IMG/VR virus record: IMGVR_UViG_3300020125_000051
Coordinates: 1-64,000 of that record
Reading direction: 5' to 3' (one strand)
Source: a virus
Length of the DNA stretch: 64,000 nt
Positions 51,505-63,004 of this stretch are shown piece after piece (the stretch's first letter is position 1; the number at the start of each line of letters is the position of its first letter). Both the position numbers and the translations under genes were made by a program. The notes below the pieces were generated by a model. That model saw only the letters and a program-made list of their open reading frames with translations. It had not been told where the DNA came from and searched no databases.

Positions 51505-52243
51505 TAACCTTTAGTCCTTTGACTGCGTTCCAGATGGCTGACATTGTTGGTTTTTGTATGACCTGAGCTAGTTTGTTAGTTCTATCTTTAGCTACAGTGT
51601 CTTGAGTGGCCCCACACAGTAACGCTCGTATATTATCTCCTTCATGTTCTATGTTGTAGAGATAAGCCACGATGTCTAGGAATCCAGCAACCTCATCGGC
51701 CACCTTGCCTGATAAATATGGCTTTCTTCTTATAGCACCTGTCATTTGATTTCTGTCTGTTTTGCCAAGTGCCGTAAAAATGGTGTTTACTGGTAAATCA
51801 CGGAAAGCTCTTACAAATTTGCGGGTTTGCTCAATGTTGATATTCCATTCTCGAATACCAGGAACATCGGCGTCACGCTCTTGATGTTCTTCTACCAGTC
51901 TCTTCATGATTTTGTCCATTGACATCTTCTGTACCTCAGTAAGACTGTCAATGACAATTGTGTTGAATCCATGATTACCCGCATATAGCTCGTCATACAC
52001 TAGTTGCATGTCTGACCAGGATTTAATTCTTATGGATTCAACATCTGGGTAGAAGTCTTTCAACGATAACATTCCGCCTTCAATGTCAAGGAATAATACC
52101 CTGCGCATTTCAGGCACATCATCTGATGATCCGGCCAGTGTAGTCTTACCAACACCACTATCACCATATACTAACATATTAAAGTGTGGTGGTTGATCAG
52201 ATACTTTTGTAACTGGCAAACCTGCGATTTTAGTCAAAGACAT
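51482..52243 (-). CDS. AAA_24/Sak4-like ATPase
   Basis: YGDSGVGKTT, IVIDSLT, AKDR. Confidence 0.85.
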   Translation of the reverse strand: MSLTKIAGLPVTKVSDQPPHFNMLVYGDSGVGKTTLAGSSDDVPEMRRVLFLDIEGGMLSLKDFYPDVESIRIKSWSDMQLVYDELYAGNHGFNTIVIDSLTEVQKMSMDKIMKRLVEEHQERDADVPGIREWNINIEQTRKFVRAFRDLPVNTIFTALGKTDRNQMTGAIRRKPYLSGKVADEVAGFLDIVAYLYNIEHEGDNIRALLCGATQDTVAKDRTNKLAQVIQKPTMSAIWNAVKGLKVNDTAIES

Positions 52244-52370
52244 CCAATATCCTTAATGTACCATTTGTCCGAATTGGTTGCTTTGTCTGTAATTTTCGTT
52301 GAATAGCTTAGTGTATCACCGCAGGTCAGCCAGCACAAGCCGTCTAGAGATCAGACTTCGTCAATTTTCA

Positions 52371-52523
52371 CTATTCGTTATCGTCGTATTCTTCTTCGTT
52401 TTCATCATCGTCATCGTCCTCATCTTCTTCGTTATCGAAGTCATAAGGACCGTCAGTATCCTCTTCTAGGTCGAAGTTGTCACTATCGACCATGGTCTTT
52501 ACGTTCTCTTCTGGTTCATTCAT
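52371..52523 (-). CDS. Hyper-acidic 50-aa protein (not in ORF track)
   Basis: MNEPEENVKTMVDSDNFDLEEDTDGPYDFDNEEDEDDDDDENEEEYDDNE. Confidence 0.55.
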   Translation of the reverse strand: MNEPEENVKTMVDSDNFDLEEDTDGPYDFDNEEDEDDDDDENEEEYDDNE

Positions 52524-53159
52524 TTGGTTTCTTCTTTCTCTTTGTATATTTCTCTTACTGGACGGTGGCCGCAGTCACACCAAGTGCCACCCTTACAACG
52601 TACAGGTTGATAATCATGATCATAATTGCGGCAATGCTCACATACAAAATTCATATCATGATCCCACCATTACTCATTAGTGAGTATTACCTTGACGTAA
52701 TAAAGTGTTACATCACTTAGAACGTCTGCATACACATGCTCAACATTAGTAACTCTAAAGGTGCGTCGTGTGTGTCTAATTTGATCTAAGGTTACTAATT
52801 CATCAACTCTTGGAATTGGTCGATAAATAGAATCCGCACTGATTGGTGTTTTAGCTATTTCATTAAGTTTGGAATTTTCTTTGTCTAATGTGTAAAAGAT
52901 TATTTGCATTAATCAGTTTCCTCAGGTTTTGTTTCCCATGATTCCGGTAGGGTAGTGTCGGGTGAGCCATGTGTTAATGCGCGCCGCTTCAAGATGATCG
53001 TAATAGAGACCACGACAAACGAGATGACTCCAGCAATAAGTCCCGTCCTTAGCATACGAAGCTTTAAGGGCACGGAACTTCCAGTAGGCTTTAAACTTGC
53101 ATCTTCCCGATTTTCCATCACACTGCCTCGGCACTTTCAGTTGAGTTACCCATGGCATT

Positions 53160-53627
53160 TCAGAAGCTACTCGCTTCCTCACTACTAAGGTTGAATTCAT
53201 CTTTTATAGATCCATCTGGGTAAAAGATTCTGAGTTTACGTTTTGTTTGTCGAGCATAGTTGATGGTATACCAAGTACCAGAGTGAAGTTTTGGGCTCAT
53301 ACTGTCTGGAAATGCAAGTAGTCTTTCACAATCATCAACTATAGCTCTATTTCTGGCTAGATATCCACGAGCAGTCATTAAATCATTCGAAAGATCAACG
53401 GCTATTGTTGATAAATAAGTTTTGTTAAGTGGTGGATATCCTATTATCCAAGTATAACCAACACCATTTAATAAAATTGTTAATTCTTCATCTACACCAA
53501 CACAACAGCCTTGGCGAAATGTTATTGGTTGTGAATGAATACTTAACACTCCACAATAATTCTCAGCTCCTGAGCGCTGTAGTTGGTTCATACCATGACG
53601 AGAACCAGTAACGCCTAGGTTAATCAT
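53160..53627 (-). CDS. SLOG-family (DprA/YspA-like) protein
   Basis: GVTGSR, GCCVGVD, RNRAIVD, SGTWYTINYA. Confidence 0.75.
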   Translation of the reverse strand: MINLGVTGSRHGMNQLQRSGAENYCGVLSIHSQPITFRQGCCVGVDEELTILLNGVGYTWIIGYPPLNKTYLSTIAVDLSNDLMTARGYLARNRAIVDDCERLLAFPDSMSPKLHSGTWYTINYARQTKRKLRIFYPDGSIKDEFNLSSEEASSF

Positions 53628-53694
53628 TTTGTTATCCTAAGCACCTTAATGATAAAGTCAAGAATCTTGTTAACGATATAAAGTAACCAAAGCT

Positions 53695-54042
53695 TCATTC
53701 CGCACTGTCCGCGTAATCCTGTGAGATTCCATGTCCAATCGGATTAGCTTTGAAATCACGTTTCTTGACTTCTGTCCAGCGTGATTGAATTACTGTACTA
53801 AGATCAATGTCTGCTTCATTGGCAACATCACAAATCTTAATAAACACGTCGCCAAGTTCTTTCTTGATTTCTTCTTGCCATTCAGTGTATGAGCCACGAA
53901 CTTGTTGGTATTGTTTGAGAATGGCTCGACATAGCTCACCAACTTCTTCCGCTAGTCCTACTACGGCTGACATTGGTGTACCCTTGCCAAAGTTATGTTC
54001 TACCCATTTTTCTACTTCGAATTGGTAATCTTCAATGTTCAT
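53695..54042 (-). CDS. MazG-like nucleotide pyrophosphohydrolase
   Basis: LAEEVGEL...ELGDV. Confidence 0.85.
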   Translation of the reverse strand: MNIEDYQFEVEKWVEHNFGKGTPMSAVVGLAEEVGELCRAILKQYQQVRGSYTEWQEEIKKELGDVFIKICDVANEADIDLSTVIQSRWTEVKKRDFKANPIGHGISQDYADSAE

Positions 54043-54628
54043 CTTTATCCTTAGGAGCTAACAATGGACGAAGCCTAGCTATTTGATGGTCTGTCAAAGG
54101 TGGCGCGTTATCAACCAACTTCTTGATATACTCATCAATGTCTATTACAGGCTTAGGCTTTGGCTTTGTCACGATCATCCCAACGCTTATTTGTCAGACG
54201 CTGAATCACGCTTACCACCTGGATCCTTTATATCTTGATCCGTTCTACGTGGATTATCTTTCTTACCATCAGTTCTGGTGTGGTCTGGCTTCGGGTCTTT
54301 ACTCATCATTTCACCTCACAACAAATAAGAGCATTCCAACATACACCACTAGTCCTCCACATCCCACAGTTAAGATGAGAGCAAGTATGAAGGATGCTAC
54401 GTATTTCACTGAGATAGGGATTTTTCTGTCAATGCGCTTAATAACACTTTAACCATAGTAGCTAATGTAGATTCAATGGTTGGGCCAATTGCTTCCCAAC
54501 CGTTATCATTAGTACGGGCATAAGCATACCAATAACCATGCGGATATTGGTTAGATGATGCTGGATCAAAATCTAATTTAAAAGAATTAAATTCTGTCAT
54601 GTCTTTTATGTCATCCTTAACTATAAAC

Positions 54629-55894
54629 TCACTCAGTACTCGCTTCTTTTTCCTCGTAATAATGTAGTTCTTTCTTCTCAAACATTGTACTAAGTGTATA
54701 CAGGTAATCTTCACCCATATTTTGACCTAGACAAGGTTGTCTAAAAGAACACCAAGTACAAGAGAATCGTCCTGGCTGTGGATAAACCCGAGGTTCATCA
54801 ATCATATCTAACGCTTCAAGTGCAATGACCTTACCGGCATTCTCAACTTCAGCTTCATTCTTATGAATTTGATGGCGCTGCGTAAATCCTGGACCTTCAC
54901 TAGATAACCAATGTAGGTATTCATCGTATAGACCCATTTGCCAACCGTTAATATCATGTTTTTGTATTGTCTTAAGCGCTAGTTCTGGCGTGGTCATCGT
55001 CAGCTTGTTGGTCGAGACTAGCCGACCTTTGTAGGCTCGTTTAAGCACCTCAGGTGCTTGTGGGAACGTCTTTTTTATCTCGACGTAGACGAATCCGGCC
55101 ACGGAAATTCCAAGCGTAGATAATGCCCAAATGTAAGAGACTATCTGGTCATCTAGCTGTAGGAAAGAAGCTTCTTGGTCTTCATCTAATAAACGTGCGG
55201 TTGTTTTCCAGTCGACAATCCAGTATCGTCCTAGTTCATCTTGGAATAATGCGTCGAGTCGACCGCCATACGTTACTGGCAAACCTTTCCAATATTTAGA
55301 ATTTTTACCAAGATCCAATAATGTTACAGTTTTACCATTATGATCAATATATTGTATATCCAAATCTTCCTTAGAAGATTCATGTTTAATGAATTTGGTC
55401 CAGCACTGACTACACTTACACCACAATTGTTCATTGGTGTCAGGATGCTTAATAGGAACTTCAAATCCTACTTCAACTCTGATTGGTGTCCAGCGCTTGT
55501 CATAGTGAGGTGACATGTTGTTACAGTAATACCGAATCATGTTCAAGCCTAGATCAACTCTAGTCTTATATGATTCGAGAATTGTCACATCTGGATCTGA
55601 ATTCATTTTTTGATAAGCTTTTAGCTGCTTGCTGCATCTCGTGCGAAATGCAACAAGCGCTAAATCAGTCCGAATTTCTAATGGAGACATCCAAGTTCGA
55701 GGTTCATAGAAAATCTCCATAGCTTCATGGAATGCGACTCCAAACTCCAGTGGTTCCGCTGTTACCTGTGGGTAGTACATGTCACGGTACACCCAATGCC
55801 AACGACGTCGACACGCACGAAAAGCTCGTCGCTCGGATGTATGTATCTGGTGAGTAAGCTTGTTATCAATATACCACTGGATGTCTTGAGTCAC
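54629..55894 (-). CDS. PD-(D/E)XK Cas4/RecB-like exonuclease
   Basis: CRRRW, GRLD, IVDWKT, C-terminal CTWCSFRQPC. Confidence 0.85.
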   Translation of the reverse strand: MTQDIQWYIDNKLTHQIHTSERRAFRACRRRWHWVYRDMYYPQVTAEPLEFGVAFHEAMEIFYEPRTWMSPLEIRTDLALVAFRTRCSKQLKAYQKMNSDPDVTILESYKTRVDLGLNMIRYYCNNMSPHYDKRWTPIRVEVGFEVPIKHPDTNEQLWCKCSQCWTKFIKHESSKEDLDIQYIDHNGKTVTLLDLGKNSKYWKGLPVTYGGRLDALFQDELGRYWIVDWKTTARLLDEDQEASFLQLDDQIVSYIWALSTLGISVAGFVYVEIKKTFPQAPEVLKRAYKGRLVSTNKLTMTTPELALKTIQKHDINGWQMGLYDEYLHWLSSEGPGFTQRHQIHKNEAEVENAGKVIALEALDMIDEPRVYPQPGRFSCTWCSFRQPCLGQNMGEDYLYTLSTMFEKKELHYYEEKEASTE

Positions 55895-57246
55895 TAATCT
55901 GGCCTTCCATAATTACCATCAACACGCGGATACAAGTGAACGTAATCTTCCCAAACTCTACCATAATTATTGGTTGACCATAGACAATATTCATCAGGTC
56001 TAAGTTCATATAGATCAATGAGTTTGACAGCACTTACAAAGTGCTCATCACCATCGTTTCGTGATATAACAAATCCACCATGTAATGCGTACTTAGGCAT
56101 GTTGCTCCTAGTTATATTTATGTCATTGCTCACCGAAATGAGCAATCACAAAATTATAACCCTCTTGCTTCTATCCTAATTCTTGCTTGTCCTTCACTAC
56201 CAAAATCATAGTTAATGTTTTCAACAATAAATACAATTTCTGGATAATGCACAAAAGTAAGCCTTTGAAAGATGCCGTGTAGCATGATAATAGGCATTTG
56301 ATTTGGTGTTAGTTTCTTTTTCTTAAATGGCCACATCAGTATAACTCACTGTGATCGTCAAACGATCTTGGAGTTTCAATCGGCTCTGAAATTGGCACTA
56401 CCTTAATAAATTCTTGTGGAATGATTTCGAAATTGTCTACGTATTGCAGAGCCTTAACGAAGTCTTCCCATTCGTTTTCGCGAAAAGTAAGTGTACCATT
56501 GCGGCCATGAGTTGTTAGTTCATCAGTACCAGACCATACATTAACATGTACGTGTCCACCCAATTTTTGCCATCTAAGTCGAAAGTGTGTCATTATTAAG
56601 CTTCCTTACCTCTATTAAACCAAGCTGTCCTACGTTTAGTTGCTGTTTCAAAAGCGGCTAAACAAGACATTAAATACTTAGCTAAGATTATGTCTGGTGT
56701 ATCTGAAAAGCTTTCTCTACTGTGTTTATTAAGTAAGTCTCTAAGCTCTTCTTCAAGAGGCATCTTCAACATCATCCAATTCTTCTATAGTTTCACCAAT
56801 GCAATCATCTTTAGAGTTAGCAGTTTGTGATCTACCGCAAATACTACAAACCCAATTATGTTCGAGTGGAGGCTTATAAGTTTTACGTAGTGCTATTAAT
56901 ATAATATCTGTTAGTGGCAACATTTCGTCCTCTGCCACATTTTTATAAAATGATAGTTCTCTTTCGTCAATTCTAAATGAATATACTTTTTTAGTCATCG
57001 TCGCTAGGTTCTCCTGGACACTTAGATCCAATGCTTGAGTACCACATCTGGTCACAATGAAAACACATTGGACCTTCTATTGTAAGAAGATTTTCAGTAT
57101 CAAAGTTTTGTTGTGATCTTGCTGGTTCTTCTACTTTGAATACAGCAACAAAAATCCAAAGATGGCGACCCGCGTATTCAGGCATGGTAGCATGAATTTT
57201 ACGCGGGTCGCCTCTCTGAATAATTCCTGAATTTGTAATAAAAGCT

Positions 57247-58638
57247 TTATTCATCGTCATCCTCATCTAACTCTTCAAACGTTGGATCGATTTTGGTGTC
57301 ACCAATTAGTCGCTTGATCCAAGACCACTTCTGCTGAATTACCTTAATTCGCTTAGCATCAATGGTATCATTAGCGAGAATGTCAATTACTTGGACGGCA
57401 CTTCGTTGTCCGATTCGGTGGAGTCGGTCTTCGGCCTGGAGGTTAAGAGCATTTGACCATGACCGATCAATGAATACAACGGTACTTGCCGCAGTAAGCG
57501 TAATTCCAACCCCACCGGCAGATATAGTTCCAGCAAATACTTGAATTTTGCCCTCTTGAAAATTGGTAATAATTCTTGCCCTCTCATCGTTAGGGGTTTC
57601 ACCAATGAACTTCCCACAGGTAATACCTTTCTTTTCGAGTCGAGTGGCTAGAAGCTTAATAACTTGGGCAAACTGACTGAAAACTACAATCTGCTCATTA
57701 GTTGATTGAATTATCTCAACTAATGCGTCAATTTTGGCTGAAGGTTCGGACAAAAACATTTTGCCCTTATCTTCATCAAACTCAGCAAATGCGCAAGCAA
57801 ATTGCTGCAATCTGGTGAGTTGGGCAATCACCACAGGAGCAACTACAGCTTCATGTTCGTGCTCACCAATCCAAGCAAGCATGTTCTCTTTCATGGAATT
57901 GTAGGCACGACGTTGCTGTGGATGAAGATCAACTCTTACTTCTGTGTAATACTTTTCGGGAAGGTCGAACAGAACTTCTTCTTTGCGACGACGTACGTAA
58001 AAACCTTCCATTTGCCGCTGTAGTTCTTCGGCGTTGTTCACACCAATAATAGTCTTGTAACCGTTGAAGTTATCAAAGATGATATGGTTGTTGTAGTACT
58101 TCCAATAGCTACTCCAGAAATTCGGATATAGCCAATTCAAAATACTCCAAAGATCATCCGGTTTATCAAATGCAGGCGTTCCGGTTAGTGCTGTCTTGTA
58201 GCCTGTGGGAATTGCCTTCAAATGAACAGATTGCTTCGATTTTCTATTTTGTAATGCATGTGCTTCATCTGCAATAATATGGAACCACTTTACGTCTTCA
58301 AGTTCTGGAATTAAACGTAATGCTGGCCAATGCATAATGAATACATCATAAACATCATCTTCAAGCTCACTAGTGAAGTGAGTACGATCTTTGTTGTTTA
58401 TAGGTAAAATTCTAAGATCAGGTGCCCACTGGAACCATGCTTTCGTCCAGGTGGACACCATGGCCAGTGGGCACACGATCAAAGTCTTTAGTTTGTAATT
58501 AGGAAACTCTGCCCGGCGACGTAAATCAAGTGCAATAGCTTCGTGAGTCTTACCAAGACCCATATCATCACCGATGAGCACAGATTGTACGCGCTGTAGT
58601 TTGTTTACTGCTTCTTCTTGAAATGGAAAAAGTTTCAT
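57247..58638 (-). CDS. SNF2-family helicase
   Basis: DDMGLGKT, DEAH, LTGTP, QAEDRLHRIGQ. Confidence 0.92.
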   Translation of the reverse strand: MKLFPFQEEAVNKLQRVQSVLIGDDMGLGKTHEAIALDLRRRAEFPNYKLKTLIVCPLAMVSTWTKAWFQWAPDLRILPINNKDRTHFTSELEDDVYDVFIMHWPALRLIPELEDVKWFHIIADEAHALQNRKSKQSVHLKAIPTGYKTALTGTPAFDKPDDLWSILNWLYPNFWSSYWKYYNNHIIFDNFNGYKTIIGVNNAEELQRQMEGFYVRRRKEEVLFDLPEKYYTEVRVDLHPQQRRAYNSMKENMLAWIGEHEHEAVVAPVVIAQLTRLQQFACAFAEFDEDKGKMFLSEPSAKIDALVEIIQSTNEQIVVFSQFAQVIKLLATRLEKKGITCGKFIGETPNDERARIITNFQEGKIQVFAGTISAGGVGITLTAASTVVFIDRSWSNALNLQAEDRLHRIGQRSAVQVIDILANDTIDAKRIKVIQQKWSWIKRLIGDTKIDPTFEELDEDDDE

Positions 58639-59435
58639 GGTTGTCTCACCTCCTAATTTATCTTGTTTCCCCTCCGGTTAGTTGCTGTGATAATAGTGCT
58701 TGGTTTGCACGTTCTACAGCCTCATCGGAACGAGGTGGTAGTTTTGGAAAACTTTTAGCTCTATTGGTAGATGGTGGTGGCACTGTACCATCACGATTTA
58801 CCGTGATTACATAGGTTGTGTCGTACCATCTACATCTATTGTTCATGCACCTAAAAGTGTGCAATGTATTGCCGCGTGATCCTGGTTTTACACTCTCAGC
58901 TACGCCGGGAGTTTCACAAATAGGACAACGTCTGGCTTCATCGTATGTCGTGTCCACTATGAGAATGTCCATCCAATTCCGCTGAAACAATTTTAATCGC
59001 AGCTTCCAAATTAGATACTCTAATTCGAAGATCAGCTAATTCTTGTAACGTTTGTTGCCATTTATTTGGCGCAATCCTCGAATTTGTGGAACCTTGACCT
59101 TCTCTAAAAGCGTTAAACTGTTCTACTGTTGGCTTATAGTGTAGCAGATAAACACTTTTGGAACTAGGTCCACCTCTTTTCAAAGAGGTGAAACAGCGCA
59201 TTGTATTTAGTAGAACTGAGGCATCGTTAACAGCCGAACTTGATAATCCAATTTCTTTTGATATACCATTACCTCTAACGTTTCCAATAAAAAGCTGGAT
59301 CAATTCATTTGGATTTTCTACTGGAAATCCATATTCAAGTAGATATTCGGCTTTAACTTCTCTACTGTTAGCAAACATATAGTTTATAATGTCTAATGCA
59401 TTTCTAAATGCAACAGTGGTGCCATCTGGGCTCAT

Positions 59436-60305
59436 TTACTTTTCCTTTGTAAAGGGAACCGGGAATGGCTCACCACTACGCCATGAAATGGCACTACGAC
59501 GTGTTCCATTGACAAAATCATTCCAGGTTTTGATATAGTAAGCAAGATGCAAAACGGCATCTCTTCTAACACCAGTAGTACCCTTTGACCTAATTAGGTA
59601 ATTTCTAAGTACTAGAATTGGACTATCCTTGGTTAGATTCTCGCCTGTTCTAAGCGATTCCAAGAAATCTTCATGCTGTCCTTCTGGATAAGCACGCTCA
59701 CACACGTAATATCCTACAGTAGCGGCAGATGCAATCATGCCAACACCTACTAGTGGTGTACAATATGGAAGATATTCATCAATTCGAGACATCTGAACAG
59801 TTTTGAGAATCTGCTCGTTTGGTACCTTAACTCGCTTCCAGAACTTAAACTCATGCTCATCAAACAAGTAAAGCAAACGAGCACAAGCGGCTAGATGGAG
59901 TTGATTTGCATATCCAGCGATTGCAAGAATTTGCTGTGCAGACCGCGCAAGACCCATATCTAGATATTTGAAGATATCTTCATCTAGACCCCAAGTTACT
60001 TGGAATTGAATCTTAATCTTCGGTTGTGGTGGATATACGGTATCACCTTCGGTTGCACCTTCTTCGGCTGCCTGCACTAATGCAAGTAGTCGATGCTGTC
60101 CATCCGCCAAATGAGCTTTCTTGTTAAAGCCAATGCCTTGATGAGTTAGGCGCCAATTTCCCTTAAGCATTTCAAGTGCATAATTGTTTACTATTCTTAT
60201 ACTAACTGGTCGGTTTGTGCCATCTACTCCACGCTCGTAGGGTAGATTAGCTGCAAGAAATTCTTTAGCCTTATTAACGTCTATTACTGTAGTTTCTGTT
60301 TTCAC
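59436..60305 (-). CDS. ParB/Srx-like DGQHR-domain protein
   Basis: NRPVS...LADGQHRLLA. Confidence 0.65.
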   Translation of the reverse strand: MKTETTVIDVNKAKEFLAANLPYERGVDGTNRPVSIRIVNNYALEMLKGNWRLTHQGIGFNKKAHLADGQHRLLALVQAAEEGATEGDTVYPPQPKIKIQFQVTWGLDEDIFKYLDMGLARSAQQILAIAGYANQLHLAACARLLYLFDEHEFKFWKRVKVPNEQILKTVQMSRIDEYLPYCTPLVGVGMIASAATVGYYVCERAYPEGQHEDFLESLRTGENLTKDSPILVLRNYLIRSKGTTGVRRDAVLHLAYYIKTWNDFVNGTRRSAISWRSGEPFPVPFTKEK

Positions 60306-60513
60306 TATTTGTACTCCATGTACGCATTAACCAATAAATTGTAGTTCTGCCTATTCCAGTCATCATAGCTAAACCTGTTACTGGTTGAGTTTTTGCGGCT
60401 AGAACGAATAAATTTGCAACTTGTTCTCTGGCTTCTATAACTTCAGTTTCTGCTGTCTTTAATCGATTTACCGCCTCCATAAGAGCCTGATTAACACTCA
60501 TATTAGGCTCCAA
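60274..60513 (-). CDS. Small HTH DNA-binding protein
   Basis: VTGLAMMTGIGRTTIYWLM. Confidence 0.6.
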   Translation of the reverse strand: MEPNMSVNQALMEAVNRLKTAETEVIEAREQVANLFVLAAKTQPVTGLAMMTGIGRTTIYWLMRTWSTNSENRNYSNRR

Positions 60514-61228
60514 AATTCTTGATTATATTAGTTGAATTGACGTTTAGCCAGGAATACTGAAACCAAGCACGAGTAGCTGTGGTACTAATACCACCAGATA
60601 GTGGATTACCAAAATTCAGATAAGCATTGTTTGCTGAAATTGGATTAGCCATGCCCTCTATGTATATCTGAACATTTTGTTCGTGCCGCTTTTTTGCTGC
60701 TTCTTCTTCTTGCTTTTCTTTTGCCCAAGCCAGAAGTTCCTCATCTGGTGGGAAGTTTTTGCATAATGTAGCAAAATTATTATAAAATGGTATATTATAT
60801 ACGTGCGCAACATCTAACAATGTTGTAAATGCCGGATCTGAATGCATTGGAAATCGAGCTATTGCTAGTATTTCTGCTTTTTCGGCTCGGAAACCTCTAG
60901 TACCTCTAGCAATTGTGCCAGTACCTTCAACCACACCAATTACCAAATGATCAGTGCTTAAACTTATACTACCGTAGGCTAAATCAGCTAAATCATCTGG
61001 TGAGTATCTAGCATAAAAACCACAGGTACATTTTGGCTCGAATTTGTGATTTGCAATTTCACCACATACAGTGGTGACTTTATTACACATTGCGTGATTC
61101 AGTCCTGGCTGCCAAGTATACCCAGCATTAATGGCATGTAAACCTGTCGCATTGACATGCCAAAACCGGTAGCCACGTAAGCTACCGGCAACTAGTGGTT
61201 TATCATCACTATACTCGTTCGAGGACAA
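60503..61228 (-). CDS. Hypothetical actinophage-type protein
   Basis: GYRFW...CTCGFYA...GFRAEKA. Confidence 0.6.
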   Translation of the reverse strand: MSSNEYSDDKPLVAGSLRGYRFWHVNATGLHAINAGYTWQPGLNHAMCNKVTTVCGEIANHKFEPKCTCGFYARYSPDDLADLAYGSISLSTDHLVIGVVEGTGTIARGTRGFRAEKAEILAIARFPMHSDPAFTTLLDVAHVYNIPFYNNFATLCKNFPPDEELLAWAKEKQEEEAAKKRHEQNVQIYIEGMANPISANNAYLNFGNPLSGGISTTATRAWFQYSWLNVNSTNIIKNFGA

Positions 61229-61360
61229 TGGGTTCCTCCTGAGGTACTTTTTCTAACCGCTCAGGTTCTACAGGTGCAGGAGTAGCATCTAGCTTTTCAT
61301 AAACTGCAACTTGAACTACTTCTCCAATGTCACACATTTCATTCCTTTCTAAATATTATG

Positions 61361-61432
61361 TGGACCAGGCAGGAATCGAACCTACGACACGAAGATTAAG
61401 AGTCATCTGCTCTACCATTGAGCTACTGGTCC
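61361..61432 (-). tRNA. tRNA-Lys(CTT)
   Basis: Cloverleaf; anticodon loop CUCUUAA; T loop UUCGAUU. Confidence 0.9.
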
Positions 61433-61493
61433 AATGTTAGCCTACTGCCATGATCATGTCAATAGCCTAACATACATTGATTAATTTAAATAC

Positions 61494-61982
61494 TTAAAAC
61501 CATGTGTAGTAGTCCCAGCGCTTTTCATACATAATAAGCGATGGTACGTAATTAGCTTCAATTTGATGCTTCCACATTAGCATTCGGCCAGTTCGACCGT
61601 TACCATCAACAAATGGATGTATATGCTCAAACCTTACATGTTCATGAATTGGATCTAAGGTGAACCAATTCAACATGTGTGTCAGCCAATCATCCATTCT
61701 TTCTTGAATTTCACGCCAATGTGGACACATTCTGCCACCAACAGTAACATTGTTGACACGGTATGATCCTGCGCCACCAGTTCTAGCCGGTAGTAGATTC
61801 TTCATGATAAGACCATGAAGATGGAGAATCATTTCTCCGGTAAATGGCATTGATTGCTTAATAAGCCATTGCCATGCGACTAAGCTTTGTTCTATTTCTC
61901 TTGGATCTGTAACACTCTCGATTAAATTCGATTGCGTGATATGTTCACGCATATCGAACTCACTCATCATCGTCGTCGTCAT
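61494..61982 (-). CDS. Fic-domain protein
   Basis: HPFVDGNGRTGR. Confidence 0.9.
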   Translation of the reverse strand: MTTTMMSEFDMREHITQSNLIESVTDPREIEQSLVAWQWLIKQSMPFTGEMILHLHGLIMKNLLPARTGGAGSYRVNNVTVGGRMCPHWREIQERMDDWLTHMLNWFTLDPIHEHVRFEHIHPFVDGNGRTGRMLMWKHQIEANYVPSLIMYEKRWDYYTWF

Positions 61983-62326
61983 CTGGATCCCAACCTAGTT
62001 CATCTTCGATTTCTTGTTTAGCTTCATAAAACTGTTCTTTGGCATAGATATCATCCATTTTAGATTGAACACGTATGGGTTCAATACCAAGTACTAGTCT
62101 TTCGTAGTTCATCTTAGATGGCTTACGACATCTACTACAAACCCACAGACCTGATGAAACGTCTAGCGTAAAACCATCTTGTTTCTGCCATACACCTCTG
62201 ATGATACAGTTACACCACGGGTGGATGTTCATTTCCAGTCTGTACACCATCAATAATGTCCAATTCTATTTTTGCCCAATAAGTTTTTGTAGTTCTAGTG
62301 TAATGATCAAATCTACTTTCAACATG

Positions 62327-62399
62327 CACCCGTAACTGGATTCGAACCAGCAACCTCATCCTTAGAAGGGATTTGCTCTATCCATTGAGCTATACGGGC
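62327..62399 (-). tRNA. tRNA-Arg(TCT)
   Basis: Cloverleaf; anticodon loop CUUCUAA. Confidence 0.9.
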
Positions 62400-62546
62400 T
62401 TTTTATTTAGCATTGCAATTTGTTCTTTACGCAGTTTATTGTCTGGCTTATGACCTTTTGCATAACCATCACATTTGTTGCTACCAAGTTCATCTTTCCA
62501 TTTAGTGCCATCCCACCAAATATCAATGGTACATTGCACACATTCT

Positions 62547-62855
62547 CTAGGTTTCTGTGTGCGTGACATTTTCAGGCAAACCTACTAATCTTCTCAATCG
62601 TCTAACTTCTTCAATCGAAAGTACATTTGGTATTACGTAACGACTATTTCTACACAATTCTTTACATTCAGCGCAACGACAACCGTGAGTTTTGTAACAA
62701 GTTAAACTTGGATGGATGTGTTGTAACACCTTTGGCTCAGATTTTCCGAATTTTCGCTTTTCTCTTTTTGTCGAGGCTAATTTTTTACATTCTATACAAC
62801 GACAACCATGACTCTCATAACAAGTCACGCTTGGGTGTCTATGTGGAAGTCCCAT
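62547..62855 (-). CDS. Protein with two HPSxTCYxxHGCRCxxC repeats
   Basis: Motif occurs twice. Confidence 0.65.
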   Translation of the reverse strand: MGLPHRHPSVTCYESHGCRCIECKKLASTKREKRKFGKSEPKVLQHIHPSLTCYKTHGCRCAECKELCRNSRYVIPNVLSIEEVRRLRRLVGLPENVTHTET

Positions 62856-63003
62856 TTTTTGGTTCCCGTGCTCTCGGACGTGTCAAAATAATTCCGGCCC
62901 GCTCGCGCTTCCTAGCAGCCGTGTTGAGCGCGCGGCACGCGACACATCGGCAGCCATGTTTCTTATAGCATGTTTCACTAGGATGTTTGTGTTTTCTTGG
63001 CAC
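62839..63003 (-). CDS. Protein with one HPSxTCYxxHGCRCxxC motif
   Basis: Start moved to the GTG just after the tRNA. Confidence 0.5.
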   Translation of the reverse strand: MPRKHKHPSETCYKKHGCRCVACRALNTAARKRERAGIILTRPRAREPKNGTST

Positions 63004-63004
63004 G

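Noticed and set aside
54629-55894. Cas4-like gene as evidence of CRISPR-Cas
   Set aside because: Stand-alone phage exonuclease in the replication module.
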